DNA of 45,594 bases from Meiothermus sp. (GTDB lineage: Bacteria; Deinococcota; Deinococci; Deinococcales; Thermaceae), in NCBI GenBank assembly GCA_033762915.1, contig JANRLD010000110.1:1-45594 (forward strand), read 5' to 3'. Numbering within the stretch: the first letter of the stretch is position 1; each line of letters opens with the position of its first letter. The translations under genes were made by a program, and so were the position numbers. Below, in pieces: positions 1 through 9,729 of this stretch. Under the pieces are notes generated by a model, which was not told the origin of the DNA, made no database searches, and worked only from the letters and a program-made list of their open reading frames with translations.

Positions 1-645
1 GAGGGTCGATACCCCCGGCCCGGTCAGCAGCAGCGAGACCGGCACCTGGTTGAAGGAGGTGATGAAGGCCAGCACCGCCGCCGCTGCCATGCCCGCACGG
101 ATGTTGGGCAGGATGACGGCGAAGAAGGTGCGCAGCCTCGAGGCCCCCAGCGTCACTGCGGCGTCTTCGATGTCCTTGGGCAGGTTAAGCAGACTGGCAA
201 CCACCACCCGCACCGCGTAGGGGATCAGCAGCGCGGTGTGGCTGAGGAACAAGCTCCAGTTCACCGACACGTCACCCAGCAGGATGAAGTAGCGCAGCAG
301 GGCCAGCCCGATCACCAGGCCCGGCACGATGATGGGGGTGGTGACGATGATCCGAATCAGCTCGGCATTGCGGATGGGGTAGCGCACCAGCGCGTAGGCC
401 ACCGGGATCCCCAGCGCCAGCGCGGCCAGCGTCGAGGACACCGCCAGCCACATGCTGGTCACGAAACTGCTGCGAAACTCCTCCACCGCGAAGACGGTGG
501 CGAACCACTGTAGCGAGAACGACTTCGGCGGAAAAGCCAGGGTCGGGGCGGCGTTGAAGGCCGCGATGAAGACCACCACGAACGGCCCGACCAGGAAGAC
601 CAGCACCAGCCACAGCACCACCATCGGAAAGCGCGACTCCCTCAT
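1..645 (-). CDS. ABC transporter permease, PotC-like (3' end runs off the window)
   Basis: Not in the ORF track; translated by hand from ATG at 645, which overlaps the upstream TGA (ATGA). Reads MRESRFPMVVLWLVLVFLVGPF... with the EAA loop IEDAAVTLGAS. Confidence 0.9.
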   Translation of the reverse strand, partial: MRESRFPMVVLWLVLVFLVGPFVVVFIAAFNAAPTLAFPPKSFSLQWFATVFAVEEFRSSFVTSMWLAVSSTLAALALGIPVAYALVRYPIRNAELIRIIVTTPIIVPGLVIGLALLRYFILLGDVSVNWSLFLSHTALLIPYAVRVVVASLLNLPKDIEDAAVTLGASRLRTFFAVILPNIRAGMAAAAVLAFITSFNQVPVSLLLTGPGVSTL

Positions 646-1466
646 GCGGCCCCCCTGGCGCGGCGTTGCGCCCGCAGGATCGAATTGACCGCCAACGTGG
701 TGAGCAGCATCACCACCGCGATGGTGTTGGCCGCGCCATAGTCCACCACCACCGCAGCCTTCTGGTAGAGCAGCGTGGCCAGCATGTTGGTGGTGGGGCC
801 GCCCAGCACGGCGGGGGTTACGTAGGCGGTGATGCAGCCGGTGAAGACCAGGGTTCCCCCCACGACCAGGCCCTCTCGAGTCAGGGGCAAAATCACACGC
901 GCAAACACCTGTGGTTCGTTCGCCCCCAGGCTCCGCGCGGCGGGGACGACATCCCTGGGCAGGTTTTCCATCGCGCTCACCAGCGAGAGCAGCATGAGGG
1001 GCATGAACAGCTGCAGCAGCCCGATGAAGACCGCCCACTCGGTGTACAGAATCCGCACCGGCTCTTTGATGAGCCCCGTCCAGAGCAAGGTGCTGTTCAC
1101 CATCCCGTTACCGCCCAGCAGAATCAGCCAGGCGAAGGTGCGGGCCACCGTGGAGGTCATCAGCGGGAGAATAATCAGCCCCATCAGCATGCCGCGGTAC
1201 TGCGGGCGGATTCGGGTGGCGGCGTAGGCGGCGGGGTAGCAGACCACCGCGCTGATGATCGTCACCAGGCCCGAGATCCAGATGGTGCGCCAGTAGATCT
1301 CGAGGTTCAGATCGTCGGTAAAAAACCGCACGTAGTTTTGCAGGCTGATGCTGCCCTGGACCCGTAGGCTCTCGAGCAGCACCGCCAGCACCGGCAGTAC
1401 GAAGAACACCGTCACGAAGACCAGTGCCGGGGTGAGGAGGAGCCAAGGGGCGAGGCGGTTGTTCAT
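642..1466 (-). CDS. ABC transporter permease, PotB-like
   Basis: Multiple TM segments, ILPLMTSTVARTFAW motif, EAA-like AARSLGA and YVTPAVLGG. Confidence 0.9.
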   Translation of the reverse strand: MNNRLAPWLLLTPALVFVTVFFVLPVLAVLLESLRVQGSISLQNYVRFFTDDLNLEIYWRTIWISGLVTIISAVVCYPAAYAATRIRPQYRGMLMGLIILPLMTSTVARTFAWLILLGGNGMVNSTLLWTGLIKEPVRILYTEWAVFIGLLQLFMPLMLLSLVSAMENLPRDVVPAARSLGANEPQVFARVILPLTREGLVVGGTLVFTGCITAYVTPAVLGGPTTNMLATLLYQKAAVVVDYGAANTIAVVMLLTTLAVNSILRAQRRARGAA

Positions 1467-1584
1467 GGCGAAAAACTTGTCGAAGCGCTGGGGCCGAAGC
1501 CCTTGCGGCGGGCTTCAGTCTTGACCCGGAAAAGACGTGTTCGGGTTCGGCAGTTCCGGGATCGAATTGGGGCCACCCTGACTT

Positions 1585-2613
1585 CTACCGCACCACCTCG
1601 CGGTTCCAGCGGTCAATCCAGCGCGCCTGAACCGAGAGCAGGTACTCGAAGTTGGAGAAGCGGAGGGCCCGGATTTGCAGGGGGTCGGCGGTGAGGTTTT
1701 CGGCCTGCTCGGCGGGGACGCGGACGAAGCGGTTGGAGGGAGAGTCTACGAGGTCGATGGCCTGGGCCAGCTGCACCGCGTCGGAAAGGTAGAAGTCGAT
1801 GAACTCGTAGGCCAGGTCCACGTTGCGGCTGCCGCGCACGATGGAGGCGGTATTGACCACGCCGGGCTGCCCCTCGGTGGGGAAGGCCCAGGCCAGCGGC
1901 TTGCCGGTGCGCACCAGGTTACTCCAGGCGAAGCGGCCCACGGGGGCGGCCCAGACCTCGTCCTGGGCGAAAAGCGAGGCCAGTTGGGCGGAGGTGTTGT
2001 AATAGGTCAGTACCCTGGGCTTCAGCTCGACCAGCCGGGTGAAGACCGGGTTGTCGTTGGACTCGTTGCCGCCCCAGGCCCGGTTCAAGAGCGCCACCAC
2101 CGGCAGGCCGGAGGAGGTGGTGATGTTGGGCAGGGCGATGCGGCGGGCCAACTCGGGGCGCCAGAGGTCGCGCCAGCTGCGGATGGGCTGGGTGATCTTG
2201 TCGGTGCGGTAGACGATGGAGATGGTGTAGGCGGTGAACCCCACCCCGAAGTTGCCGCCCAGGGGGTTCTTGGCGAAGTCGTAGAGGCGGTCGTAGTTCT
2301 TGAGGCGGGCGGTCTCGAGCGGGATGAAAATTCCCTGCTTGGCCGCCTGGAGCGAGAACAGGTCGGTCATCAGCACCACGTCGACGTTGGGATTGTCCTT
2401 TCTCGCCACTAGCCGGGCCAGGCGGTCGGCGTTGTTGCCCACGTCGAACGTCACTTTGCAGCCGCAGCGGGCCTCGAAGGGCCGGGTAACGTTCTTGTCA
2501 ATCAGGTTCTGGTTCAGCCCGAACCCCGAAACTACCAGCGTTCTCTGCTGGGCTAACCCCAACGAAACGACCAACAAAAAGCCGAAAACCAATAGCCTCG
2601 AGACTGTCCGCAT
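1585..2613 (-). CDS. ABC substrate-binding protein, polyamine/PotD-like family
   Basis: GGAGGA RBS before ATG at 2613; signal peptide ending SLGLA-QQ; SWRDLW and PTEG motifs; AYEFIDFYLS. Confidence 0.85.
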   Translation of the reverse strand: MRTVSRLLVFGFLLVVSLGLAQQRTLVVSGFGLNQNLIDKNVTRPFEARCGCKVTFDVGNNADRLARLVARKDNPNVDVVLMTDLFSLQAAKQGIFIPLETARLKNYDRLYDFAKNPLGGNFGVGFTAYTISIVYRTDKITQPIRSWRDLWRPELARRIALPNITTSSGLPVVALLNRAWGGNESNDNPVFTRLVELKPRVLTYYNTSAQLASLFAQDEVWAAPVGRFAWSNLVRTGKPLAWAFPTEGQPGVVNTASIVRGSRNVDLAYEFIDFYLSDAVQLAQAIDLVDSPSNRFVRVPAEQAENLTADPLQIRALRFSNFEYLLSVQARWIDRWNREVVR

Positions 2614-2704
2614 GATTTCCTCCGGGTTGGGGCTGAACACACTTCAGACCGAGGTCATCATATCGTCAAGATGAATAATTATGAAAGAGAGTTTGCTGAC
2701 CGGC

Positions 2705-3286
2705 TTACACGAATCGTACCGGTTTGCGAACCGCCTTTGCCAGCAGAGGTAAGAACTCCCTCTCGGGAATCTCGTAGGCCCCGAAGCGGGCCAGGTGGGG
2801 ATTCTGGATTTGTGCGTCGAAGTACTCAAAGCCCCTCGAGCGCAGGTGCTCCACCAGCCATACCATCGCCACCTTGGAGGCCTCGGGCACCTTGTAAAAC
2901 ATGCTCTCCCCGATGAAAACCCCGCCCAGCGCCAGGCCCAGCACCCCGCCGGCCAACTCGCCCCCCTGCCAGACCTCGAAGCTGTGGGCGATGCCGGCCG
3001 CGTGCAGGGCCAGGTAGATCTCCTTCAGCTCGTCGGAAATCCAGGCCTCGGCGTCGAAGCGCCCGCCCCGGTTGGCGCAGTTCTCCACCGTCGCGGCGAA
3101 GTCGCCGTCTATGCGCGCCTCGAAGCGCCCGCTATTGAGCGCCCGTCGCAGCGACCTGTGGACGTGGAACCGCTCGTCCAGCGGGATCAGCGCGTGGACT
3201 TTGGAGCGATACCAGGCCAGACCCTCCCCGTTGTCCATCAGGAAGTGGCCTCGAGCGTAGAGGGCGACAATTTCTTGAACGTCCAT
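2705..3286 (-). CDS. aat: Leucyl/phenylalanyl-tRNA--protein transferase
   Basis: AHSFEVW...LAGG, FIGESMF, ASKVA, DAQIQNPHL..FGA motifs. Confidence 0.95.
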   Translation of the reverse strand: MDVQEIVALYARGHFLMDNGEGLAWYRSKVHALIPLDERFHVHRSLRRALNSGRFEARIDGDFAATVENCANRGGRFDAEAWISDELKEIYLALHAAGIAHSFEVWQGGELAGGVLGLALGGVFIGESMFYKVPEASKVAMVWLVEHLRSRGFEYFDAQIQNPHLARFGAYEIPEREFLPLLAKAVRKPVRFV

Positions 3287-3292
3287 GTTGGG

Positions 3293-3320
3293 GAGGAAAG
3301 AGGGAAGAGGAAAGAGAGGA
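3293..3320. repeat. Degenerate polypurine heptamer tandem repeat (4 units)
   Basis: GAGGAAA GAGGGAA GAGGAAA GAGAGGA in the amidase-aat spacer. Confidence 0.5.
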
Positions 3321-3328
3321 GCTAAAGG

Positions 3329-4735
3329 CTACTGCTCTGTGGCCCACAACTGCTCGGCCATTACGCCTACGTGCTGTTCGACCACCTCGAGGGCGTCCAG
3401 AATTAAGTCCTCGCGGAAACGTCGCCCCACGATCTGCACCCCGGCGGGCAGTCCCTCGACCAACCCGACCGGGGCCAAGCCCGCCGGCAGCCCCAGGTAG
3501 TTGATGCCCACGCTGTAGATGGCGGACTGCACGATGTCTTTGGTCTGTTCAAAACCCTGCGCGTCGTAGTTCCAGGGGTAGGTGGGGCGCATCAGGAAGG
3601 GGGTGAGGACGAGGGGGTACTGCTCCAAGAACACACTCCAAGCGCGGGTCATGCGGGTGCGCTCGGCGATGGCGAACATGTAGCCACGGTGGTCTACTAC
3701 CTCGGTGATCTGTGAGTACCAGTCGAAGATGTTCTGGATGTCCCTGCTGCCGTGCTGGTGGGCGACGGGGAAGAGCATCTCGCGCATCTCGGCGACCTCG
3801 GCGGAGAACCAGGCCGTGGCGGGTTCGGTGATGGGCGGGGGCTCGGCCTCTTCGACCTGGTAACCCGCCGCCTCGAGCCAGCCCGCCACACGCTCCAAGG
3901 CCGTCTTTATCTCGGGGTGCATCGGGTAGCCGTGCGCGTTCTTGGTGAAAGCCACGCGCTTGGGTAGCGGCTCGCCGAAGAAGGGGACGGGCGCCCACCA
4001 GGGGTCCCTGGGGTCGCGGCCCGCCATGATCTCGGTCGCCAGCCGCACGTCTTTCACCTCGCGGCAGATGGCACCCTGCACCGACATCAGCTGCGCCAGC
4101 ATCCCGCGCTCGGCGGTGGCCGAGGGGTTCCAGGCGGGGATTCGGCCCGGCGTGGGCTTGACCGTGGAGAGGCCGCAGCAGAAGGCAGGCACCCGCAGCG
4201 AGCCGCCGATGTCGTTGCCGTGGTGGATCGGCCCGAAGCCCGCCGCCGCCGCTGCACCCGCCCCGCCCGAGGAGCCACCGGGGGAGGCCTCGGCGTCCCA
4301 GGGGTTAACGGTGCGTCCGTGCAGCACGTTGTCGGTGGTGAAGCGCATCGAGAGCTCGGGCGTGTTGGTGCGGCCCACCAGGATCGCGCCCGCCCTGCGG
4401 AGGTTGCTCACCAGCGGTGCGTCGTCCGGGGCGATGACCTTCTCGAGCGCCGCCATCCCGTTGGGGGTGGGCTTGCCCCGCACGTCGACGTTCTCCTTGA
4501 CGGTGACCGGCACGCCGTGCAAGCGCCCCAAGGGTTTCCCCGAGGCCAGTTCGGCGTCGGCGACTTTGGCTTGCTCGAGGGCCTCCTCGGTGTAGTCGTA
4601 GACGACAGCATTGAGCGCGGGGTTCCTGGCCCGGATGCGCCCCACCACCGAGGTCATCACCTCGAGGCTCGAGAACCGCCTCAGGCGAATCCCCTCCGCC
4701 TGCTCTACCGCGCTGAGCCGCCACAACTCCGACAT
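3329..4735 (-). CDS. Amidase-signature family amidase
   Basis: Catalytic K in VTVKEN, GGSSGG, and GNDIGGSLRVPAFCCG. Confidence 0.93.
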   Translation of the reverse strand: MSELWRLSAVEQAEGIRLRRFSSLEVMTSVVGRIRARNPALNAVVYDYTEEALEQAKVADAELASGKPLGRLHGVPVTVKENVDVRGKPTPNGMAALEKVIAPDDAPLVSNLRRAGAILVGRTNTPELSMRFTTDNVLHGRTVNPWDAEASPGGSSGGAGAAAAAGFGPIHHGNDIGGSLRVPAFCCGLSTVKPTPGRIPAWNPSATAERGMLAQLMSVQGAICREVKDVRLATEIMAGRDPRDPWWAPVPFFGEPLPKRVAFTKNAHGYPMHPEIKTALERVAGWLEAAGYQVEEAEPPPITEPATAWFSAEVAEMREMLFPVAHQHGSRDIQNIFDWYSQITEVVDHRGYMFAIAERTRMTRAWSVFLEQYPLVLTPFLMRPTYPWNYDAQGFEQTKDIVQSAIYSVGINYLGLPAGLAPVGLVEGLPAGVQIVGRRFREDLILDALEVVEQHVGVMAEQLWATEQ

Positions 4736-4788
4736 CTAAAGCCTCCTCTGGTGCTTGCGCACTTGGGTGGCTCAGTCTAACAGGGCGG

Positions 4789-5058
4789 CTACCGGGCGAA
4801 GCGCTTGGCCGAGCGGGCCCTGGCCTTGATGGCCTCCTGCAGACGGCTCTTGGGCGGGGCGTTGGTGGTGAGGGCAGCGAGGAGCTTCTTGGAGATGGCG
4901 GTGACCTCCTCGACCGCCGCCTCGAAGGCCGCCTCGTTGGCCTTGGAGGGCGTGTTGAAGCCGCTGATCTTGCGGACGAACTGCAAGGCGGCAGCCCGCA
5001 CCTCGTCCTCGGTGGTCTCGGGCTCGAAGTTGAACAGCGGCCTGATGTTGCGACACAT
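4789..5058 (-). CDS. DUF2277 family protein
   Basis: MCRNIRPLFNFEP...AAALQFVRKISGF pattern; AGGAGG RBS. Confidence 0.85.
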   Translation of the reverse strand: MCRNIRPLFNFEPETTEDEVRAAALQFVRKISGFNTPSKANEAAFEAAVEEVTAISKKLLAALTTNAPPKSRLQEAIKARARSAKRFAR

Positions 5059-5122
5059 GGTCTCCTCCTGGCGGACTCTCCTTGTGCATGAGCCGGCCTG
5101 TCAGCCCCTTAGGGCTCGAGGC

Positions 5123-5686
5123 TCACTTCAGCGCGAGGTAGGCCCGTCTCAGCCACCCCAATAGTTCGCCGTCGAGGTCTTGCGCGTCGGTGATCTTCAC
5201 CCGGTGCGTGACCATCGGGTTCCAGTCGCCCGCCGCTTCGAAACGCCCCTCGGCGTCAACCCCTTTGAGCTTGATCCCCACGTCCAGCCGCTCGGCGGTG
5301 GGCTGCACGATGCCAAACTTCTTCCCCTCACGCAGCAGGTTGACGTAGGAGGTGTTGGCGTGGGTCTCCACGTCCGGGCCGAACGTTGTGAGTTGGGTCT
5401 CGAGGTCGCGGAAGGGCTCGAGCCACCTGCTTTTCTTTCCCGCGAAGAGCTTGCTGAGGCGGTCGTCGGGTGTCTTGCGACCCTCTTCGTGGGCCATCAG
5501 GTACCAGACGAAGCCCGCGTGGCCGTAGCCCAGGCCGTACTCGTCTTTGAGCCAGTCGGTCACGGCCCTGGCCTTGGTGAGGCCCCTGGCTTTGGCGAGT
5601 GCCGCCAGCTCTTGGGCGCTTTTGCCGGTTTTGGCCTGGATGCTCTGTAGGTAGGTCTGGCGGGCTTTCATGGTTTGCTCTGACAT
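5123..5686 (-). CDS. DUF4287/DUF5655 domain protein
   Basis: YLQSIQAKTGKS...WLKDEYGLGYGHA at the N-terminus; THRVKI...DGELLGWLRRAY at the C-terminus. Confidence 0.8.
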   Translation of the reverse strand: MSEQTMKARQTYLQSIQAKTGKSAQELAALAKARGLTKARAVTDWLKDEYGLGYGHAGFVWYLMAHEEGRKTPDDRLSKLFAGKKSRWLEPFRDLETQLTTFGPDVETHANTSYVNLLREGKKFGIVQPTAERLDVGIKLKGVDAEGRFEAAGDWNPMVTHRVKITDAQDLDGELLGWLRRAYLALK

Positions 5687-5703
5687 GGGTTCACCTCGAG
5701 CGT

Positions 5704-5910
5704 TCAGCTTTCAGATTCGAACTTCAGACCCTTTTTCTCGAGGGCTTCGCGCAGGACCCGCAACGCCTTCAGCCCCATGCCATGCAGCTTGGCGATCTCG
5801 GCCTCGGTGGCGTGGGTGAGTTGCTCGAGGCGCGTATAGCCCGCTCCAGTCAAGGCCCGCAAGGCCGGTGCGCCGATCTTCGGAAAACTGCTGGCTGGAC
5901 CATGGACCAT
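5704..5910 (-). CDS. Small helix-hairpin-helix (RNAP alpha-CTD-like) DNA-binding protein
   Basis: IGAPALRAL..AGYTRLEQL...LHGMGLKAL. Confidence 0.8.
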   Translation of the reverse strand: MVHGPASSFPKIGAPALRALTGAGYTRLEQLTHATEAEIAKLHGMGLKALRVLREALEKKGLKFESES

Positions 5911-5920
5911 TCCTCTCTCC

Positions 5921-6361
5921 TCAAGCGCCGCCCAACTGGGCCAAGATCTTCTCGACGCGCCTAGCCCGGGTCGCCTCGCCCTTGGTCTCCTCGACCTGGC
6001 GCACGAACTCTTTGCGCTTGGAGGGGGCTTGCCTGGCGAAGACTGCCTCGAGCCCTGCCGCCGTCAGCGCCTTCTGCAAGTCGGCGGGAACCTCAACGGT
6101 GCGGGGGACGGTCTCGAGTTCTAGGGTCACCTCCACCGTGTCCCCGCCCTTCAGCCCCGAGGCCGCTCGGTGCGCCGAGTTGAATGCGATCAGGTGCCTG
6201 CCGCCCATCACCGCCACGGTGCTGCTGTAGGTGTAGTCTGAAACCTTCACCCTGACCGCTGGCCTTTTACCCGCACCCAGCTCGGCGATGTTCTCGGGCG
6301 GAACCTCGAGGCCGGTGTTGTTGCCCATCTGGAGGATGCGGGTGTGGAAGTTGGTCTTCAT
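5921..6361 (-). CDS. DUF1905 + YdeI/OmpD-associated domain protein
   Basis: Start at 6361 overlaps the upstream stop (ATGA); GDTVEVTLE, VEVPADL and TRARRVEK motifs. Confidence 0.85.
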   Translation of the reverse strand: MKTNFHTRILQMGNNTGLEVPPENIAELGAGKRPAVRVKVSDYTYSSTVAVMGGRHLIAFNSAHRAASGLKGGDTVEVTLELETVPRTVEVPADLQKALTAAGLEAVFARQAPSKRKEFVRQVEETKGEATRARRVEKILAQLGGA

Positions 6362-6837
6362 GCCTTTGCTCCTATCGCCTCGAGCCACCTGTCCAGCCGC
6401 CCCATCCCTTCGTCGAAGCCGCCCTCCATGCCTGCCGCCACCATGCCGTCCCGCGCCTTCACCGACTGGAACACCGAGTGCGCGGTCATCTTGGTGCGCC
6501 CGCCGATTTCCTCCAAGGTCAGGGTCTCGAGCTGAACGTGCCCCGCCGCGCCGTCGAACTCGAAGGTCTGCACGATGCGGTCTTCGGCGACGTGGTGGAA
6601 GACTCCATAGAAGGCGAAGACTTTGCCCTGCGGGTCTTGCTGCAGGTAGCGCCAGCGGCCCCCGGCTCGAGGCTCGAGGAGTTCAACTGTAGTGCTCAGA
6701 TACCCTGGCCCCCACCACAGCGGGATCGCCTGGGGGTCGGTGTGGGCCTTGAAGACCAGAGCCCTGCGCGTGTCGAACCAGCGCACGATAGATAGATCTT
6801 GCTTGCCCGGCTCGATAAAAAACTCAGTCTTGTTCAT
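6358..6837 (-). CDS. SRPBCC/AHSA1 (START-like) ligand-binding protein
   Basis: R.FDTRRALVFKAHTDP...WWGP; RDGMVAAGMEGG. Confidence 0.88.
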   Translation of the reverse strand: MNKTEFFIEPGKQDLSIVRWFDTRRALVFKAHTDPQAIPLWWGPGYLSTTVELLEPRAGGRWRYLQQDPQGKVFAFYGVFHHVAEDRIVQTFEFDGAAGHVQLETLTLEEIGGRTKMTAHSVFQSVKARDGMVAAGMEGGFDEGMGRLDRWLEAIGAKA

Positions 6838-6858
6838 AGCTGTCTCCCAAGAATTGCT

Positions 6859-7257
6859 CTACTCGACGAACTTGATCCAGCTCTGGATGACTCGAGTGAG
6901 TGCGGCTCCCTTCGCCTGTATTTCTACCAAGCTGCCGAACATCACCTGCGCCCGATCCGGGGCCAGCCACTCCAAGAGCCCATCCGGGTCGGGGATCTCG
7001 AGGCCCACCACCTCGCGCCGCTTCGCGCCGAGGTGCAGGATCACCCCGATCCGATCCCGCTTACGCAGGTGGAAGGTGGCGAACCACTCGGAGGTGCGGA
7101 AGCTGAGGGTGTTCCACTTGATGCCCTCGACCACGCTGGGATCGGCCTTCGCGATGACCTCGCGGATCGCCATAGCTTCGGCTTTCAAAGGGTGCTCGAG
7201 GGTCTCGAGGTAGACTTCCACCTCGTCACGCACGGGGCCTGTGGGTGGTTTTGGCAT
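6859..7257 (-). CDS. DUF1801 (YdhG-like) protein
   Basis: EVEVYLETLEHPLK...IREVI...EGIKWN; IPDPDGLLEW. Confidence 0.8.
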   Translation of the reverse strand: MPKPPTGPVRDEVEVYLETLEHPLKAEAMAIREVIAKADPSVVEGIKWNTLSFRTSEWFATFHLRKRDRIGVILHLGAKRREVVGLEIPDPDGLLEWLAPDRAQVMFGSLVEIQAKGAALTRVIQSWIKFVE

Positions 7258-7267
7258 GGCGCTCCTC

Positions 7268-8722
7268 TCAGTCCGAAGCCTGGGCCGGGGTCAGGTGGTC
7301 GTGGGCCCTCGAGGCGCGCCGCAAGAAGAGGCTCAGGACCAGCGCCACCGCCCCAATTCCGGCGGCCACCGCGAAGGCCGCGTGCAGCCCCGCGACCTGG
7401 GCCAGCGCGGGGTCGGCGGAACGCTCGGCGGCGACGCGGGCGGTCATCACCGTGACCAGCAGGGCTGTCCCGACCGCCCCCGCGACCATCTGGAGGGTGC
7501 TCATCACCGCGCTGCCGTGGGGGTAGAGTGGGCCGGGCAGCGCGTTGAGCCCGCTCGTCATCACCGGGGTGAAGAGCAGCGCCAGCCCCAGGCTGAAGAC
7601 GAGGTGCAGGGCCAGCAACAGGGCGACGGGCGTGGAGGCCGTGACCGTGGCGAAGCCCCCCAGGCTGATTACCAGCAGCGCAGCCCCCGGCACCGAGAGC
7701 GGGAGCGGCCCGTGCCGGTCGAAGAGCCGCCCGACCGTGGGGGCCGCCAGGCCCATCAGGAGGCCGCCGGGGAGGAGCAGGAGGCCGGTCTCGAGCGAGC
7801 CTAGCGAGCGGATGTTCTGCAAGTAGATGGGCAGCAGGATCGCCCCGCCGAACAGCGACATCATCGCGACCACCATCAGCGCCGTGCTGAGCGCGAAGGC
7901 CCCGTGCCCGAAGACCCGCAGGTCGAGCAGCGCCGCGTCCCGCCGCTGCAAGCCCAGTTGGCGCCAGACGAACAGGGTCAAGCACAGGCCGGCCACGACC
8001 AGCGCCGCCAGCGCCGCCGGGTTCCCCCAACCGCCCGGTTCGCCCGCTTTGCTGAAGCCGTAGACCAGACCGCCGAAGCCTGGCAGGCTCAGGAGCACCG
8101 AGGGCAGGTCGAGGCGCTGCGACCTGGCCTCACCCACGTTGGTCAGCCGCGCCGCCCCGTAGGCCAGCACCGCGAGTGCCACCGGCAGCACGAGCAGGAA
8201 CATGAAGCGCCAGGAGAGGGCCTCGAGGATCAGCCCCGAGAGTGTCGGGCCGATGGCCGGGGCCACCGAGATCACGATGCTGACCCGGCCCATGGTCGCG
8301 CCGCGACCTTCGGGCGGAACCAGGTTCAGGATGGTGGTGATGAGGAGCGGCAGCATCAGCGCGGTGCCGCTGGCCTGCACCACCCGCCCGAGCAGCAGCA
8401 CCTCGAAGCCGGTCGCCGCCCCGGCGATCAGGGTGCCCAGGCAGAACAGCCCCATAGCGGCCAGGAAAACCTGCCGGGTACTGAAGCGCTGGAGGATGAA
8501 GCCCGTTGTGGGGATCACCACCGCCATCGTCAGCATGAAGGCCGTTGCCAGCCACTGCACGGTGGTCGCGCCGACCTTCAGCTCGGTCATCAGCCGGGGC
8601 AGCGCGACGTTCATGATGGTCTCGTTGAGGATCACCACGAAGGCGGCGATCAGAAGGGTCAGGATAACGCCCCGGTCGCGGGCGGACGGTAAATTTGCGT
8701 TGCGGTCTGAGGGAAGGGTCAT
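7268..8722 (-). CDS. DHA2/EmrB-QacA (LmrB-like) MFS efflux pump
   Basis: LNETIMNVALP, QWLATAFML and APAIGPTLSG motifs; about 14 TM segments. Confidence 0.92.
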   Translation of the reverse strand: MTLPSDRNANLPSARDRGVILTLLIAAFVVILNETIMNVALPRLMTELKVGATTVQWLATAFMLTMAVVIPTTGFILQRFSTRQVFLAAMGLFCLGTLIAGAATGFEVLLLGRVVQASGTALMLPLLITTILNLVPPEGRGATMGRVSIVISVAPAIGPTLSGLILEALSWRFMFLLVLPVALAVLAYGAARLTNVGEARSQRLDLPSVLLSLPGFGGLVYGFSKAGEPGGWGNPAALAALVVAGLCLTLFVWRQLGLQRRDAALLDLRVFGHGAFALSTALMVVAMMSLFGGAILLPIYLQNIRSLGSLETGLLLLPGGLLMGLAAPTVGRLFDRHGPLPLSVPGAALLVISLGGFATVTASTPVALLLALHLVFSLGLALLFTPVMTSGLNALPGPLYPHGSAVMSTLQMVAGAVGTALLVTVMTARVAAERSADPALAQVAGLHAAFAVAAGIGAVALVLSLFLRRASRAHDHLTPAQASD

Positions 8723-8857
8723 GGCGGATTCCTTGGCGGTCTGGGGGGCTTGATAGGGGTTCGGATAGGAAAGATGGAGTGAAAAAGGGTTTCCTTTAAT
8801 CGGGCTGCGGCCGATTTCTCGGCTGGTCAGAACTTCGTAGGGCCTCCTCTCTGACCT

Positions 8858-9274
8858 TCAGTTGGACTTCTCGGGCCGCTCCTGCAGGACCCAGGTGTTG
8901 CCGTCGGGGTCGGCGAAGAAGGCGAAGGAGTTCCAGCGCCCGCCCGGCCCGTCCACCCACCGGCCGTTCTCCATATGCCGCACGGGGCTGATCTCTACGC
9001 CCCGCCCCAGCAGTTCTTGTCGTGCCGCCTCGAGGTCGTCCACCACGATCTGTAGCCCGCGCAGCGAGCCCGCCGCCATCCCGTAAGAACCGGTGGCGAG
9101 GTGGATCGAGCAGCCCGAGCCCGGCGGCGTGAGCTGCACCATGCGCTGGGTGGGGCTGACCTGGATGTCGAGGTCTGCCGCGAAGCCGCAGCGCTCGGCG
9201 TAGAACTGCTTGGCCCGGTCTATATCCGCCACGGGCACGGGGATCACCTCGAGCTTCCAGTCGGTGGCGCTCAC
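8858..9274 (-). CDS. VOC/glyoxalase family protein
   Basis: PVADIDRAKQFY and FFADPDGNTWVLQE. Confidence 0.9.
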   Translation of the reverse strand: MSATDWKLEVIPVPVADIDRAKQFYAERCGFAADLDIQVSPTQRMVQLTPPGSGCSIHLATGSYGMAAGSLRGLQIVVDDLEAARQELLGRGVEISPVRHMENGRWVDGPGGRWNSFAFFADPDGNTWVLQERPEKSN

Positions 9275-9693
9275 GCCCGTACCAGCGACTCGGCGTGCTT
9301 CTTGTAGTTATCAAGGATGGCCTGCCAGCCCTGGCGCTGCATCTCCTCGGGATTTTCGGCCTCGGGGTCGAAGGTGACGACGACCTTGGTCTGAGTGGGG
9401 GAGACTGCCTCGAACGCGATCTCAGCCTGACGGTCGCCGAAGCTGTAAGCCAGGTTCTTGTGCGGCTCGACTCGTGTGTAGATGCCCTCGAAGTCGAAGG
9501 CGAAGCTGCCGTCCCTAGCGGCCATCTTGGAGCTGAACTTGCCGCCAACCCGCAGGTCGCTGGAGGCGCTGGGGCAGTGCCAGTCGTCGGAGGCGAAGTT
9601 CCACCGGACGATGTGTTCGGGGTTCGTGTAGGCCTCCCAGGCGGTGTTCAGCGGGGCTTCTATGGTGGTAGATACCTTGATAGTCTTGTTCAT
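9271..9693 (-). CDS. SRPBCC/AHSA1 protein
   Basis: WNFASDDWHCP, DLRVGG and QRQGWQAILDN. Confidence 0.9.
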   Translation of the reverse strand: MNKTIKVSTTIEAPLNTAWEAYTNPEHIVRWNFASDDWHCPSASSDLRVGGKFSSKMAARDGSFAFDFEGIYTRVEPHKNLAYSFGDRQAEIAFEAVSPTQTKVVVTFDPEAENPEEMQRQGWQAILDNYKKHAESLVRA

Positions 9694-9729
9694 ACATCAA
9701 CTCCGTCCTCGAGCTTGCCCGGACTGCCT

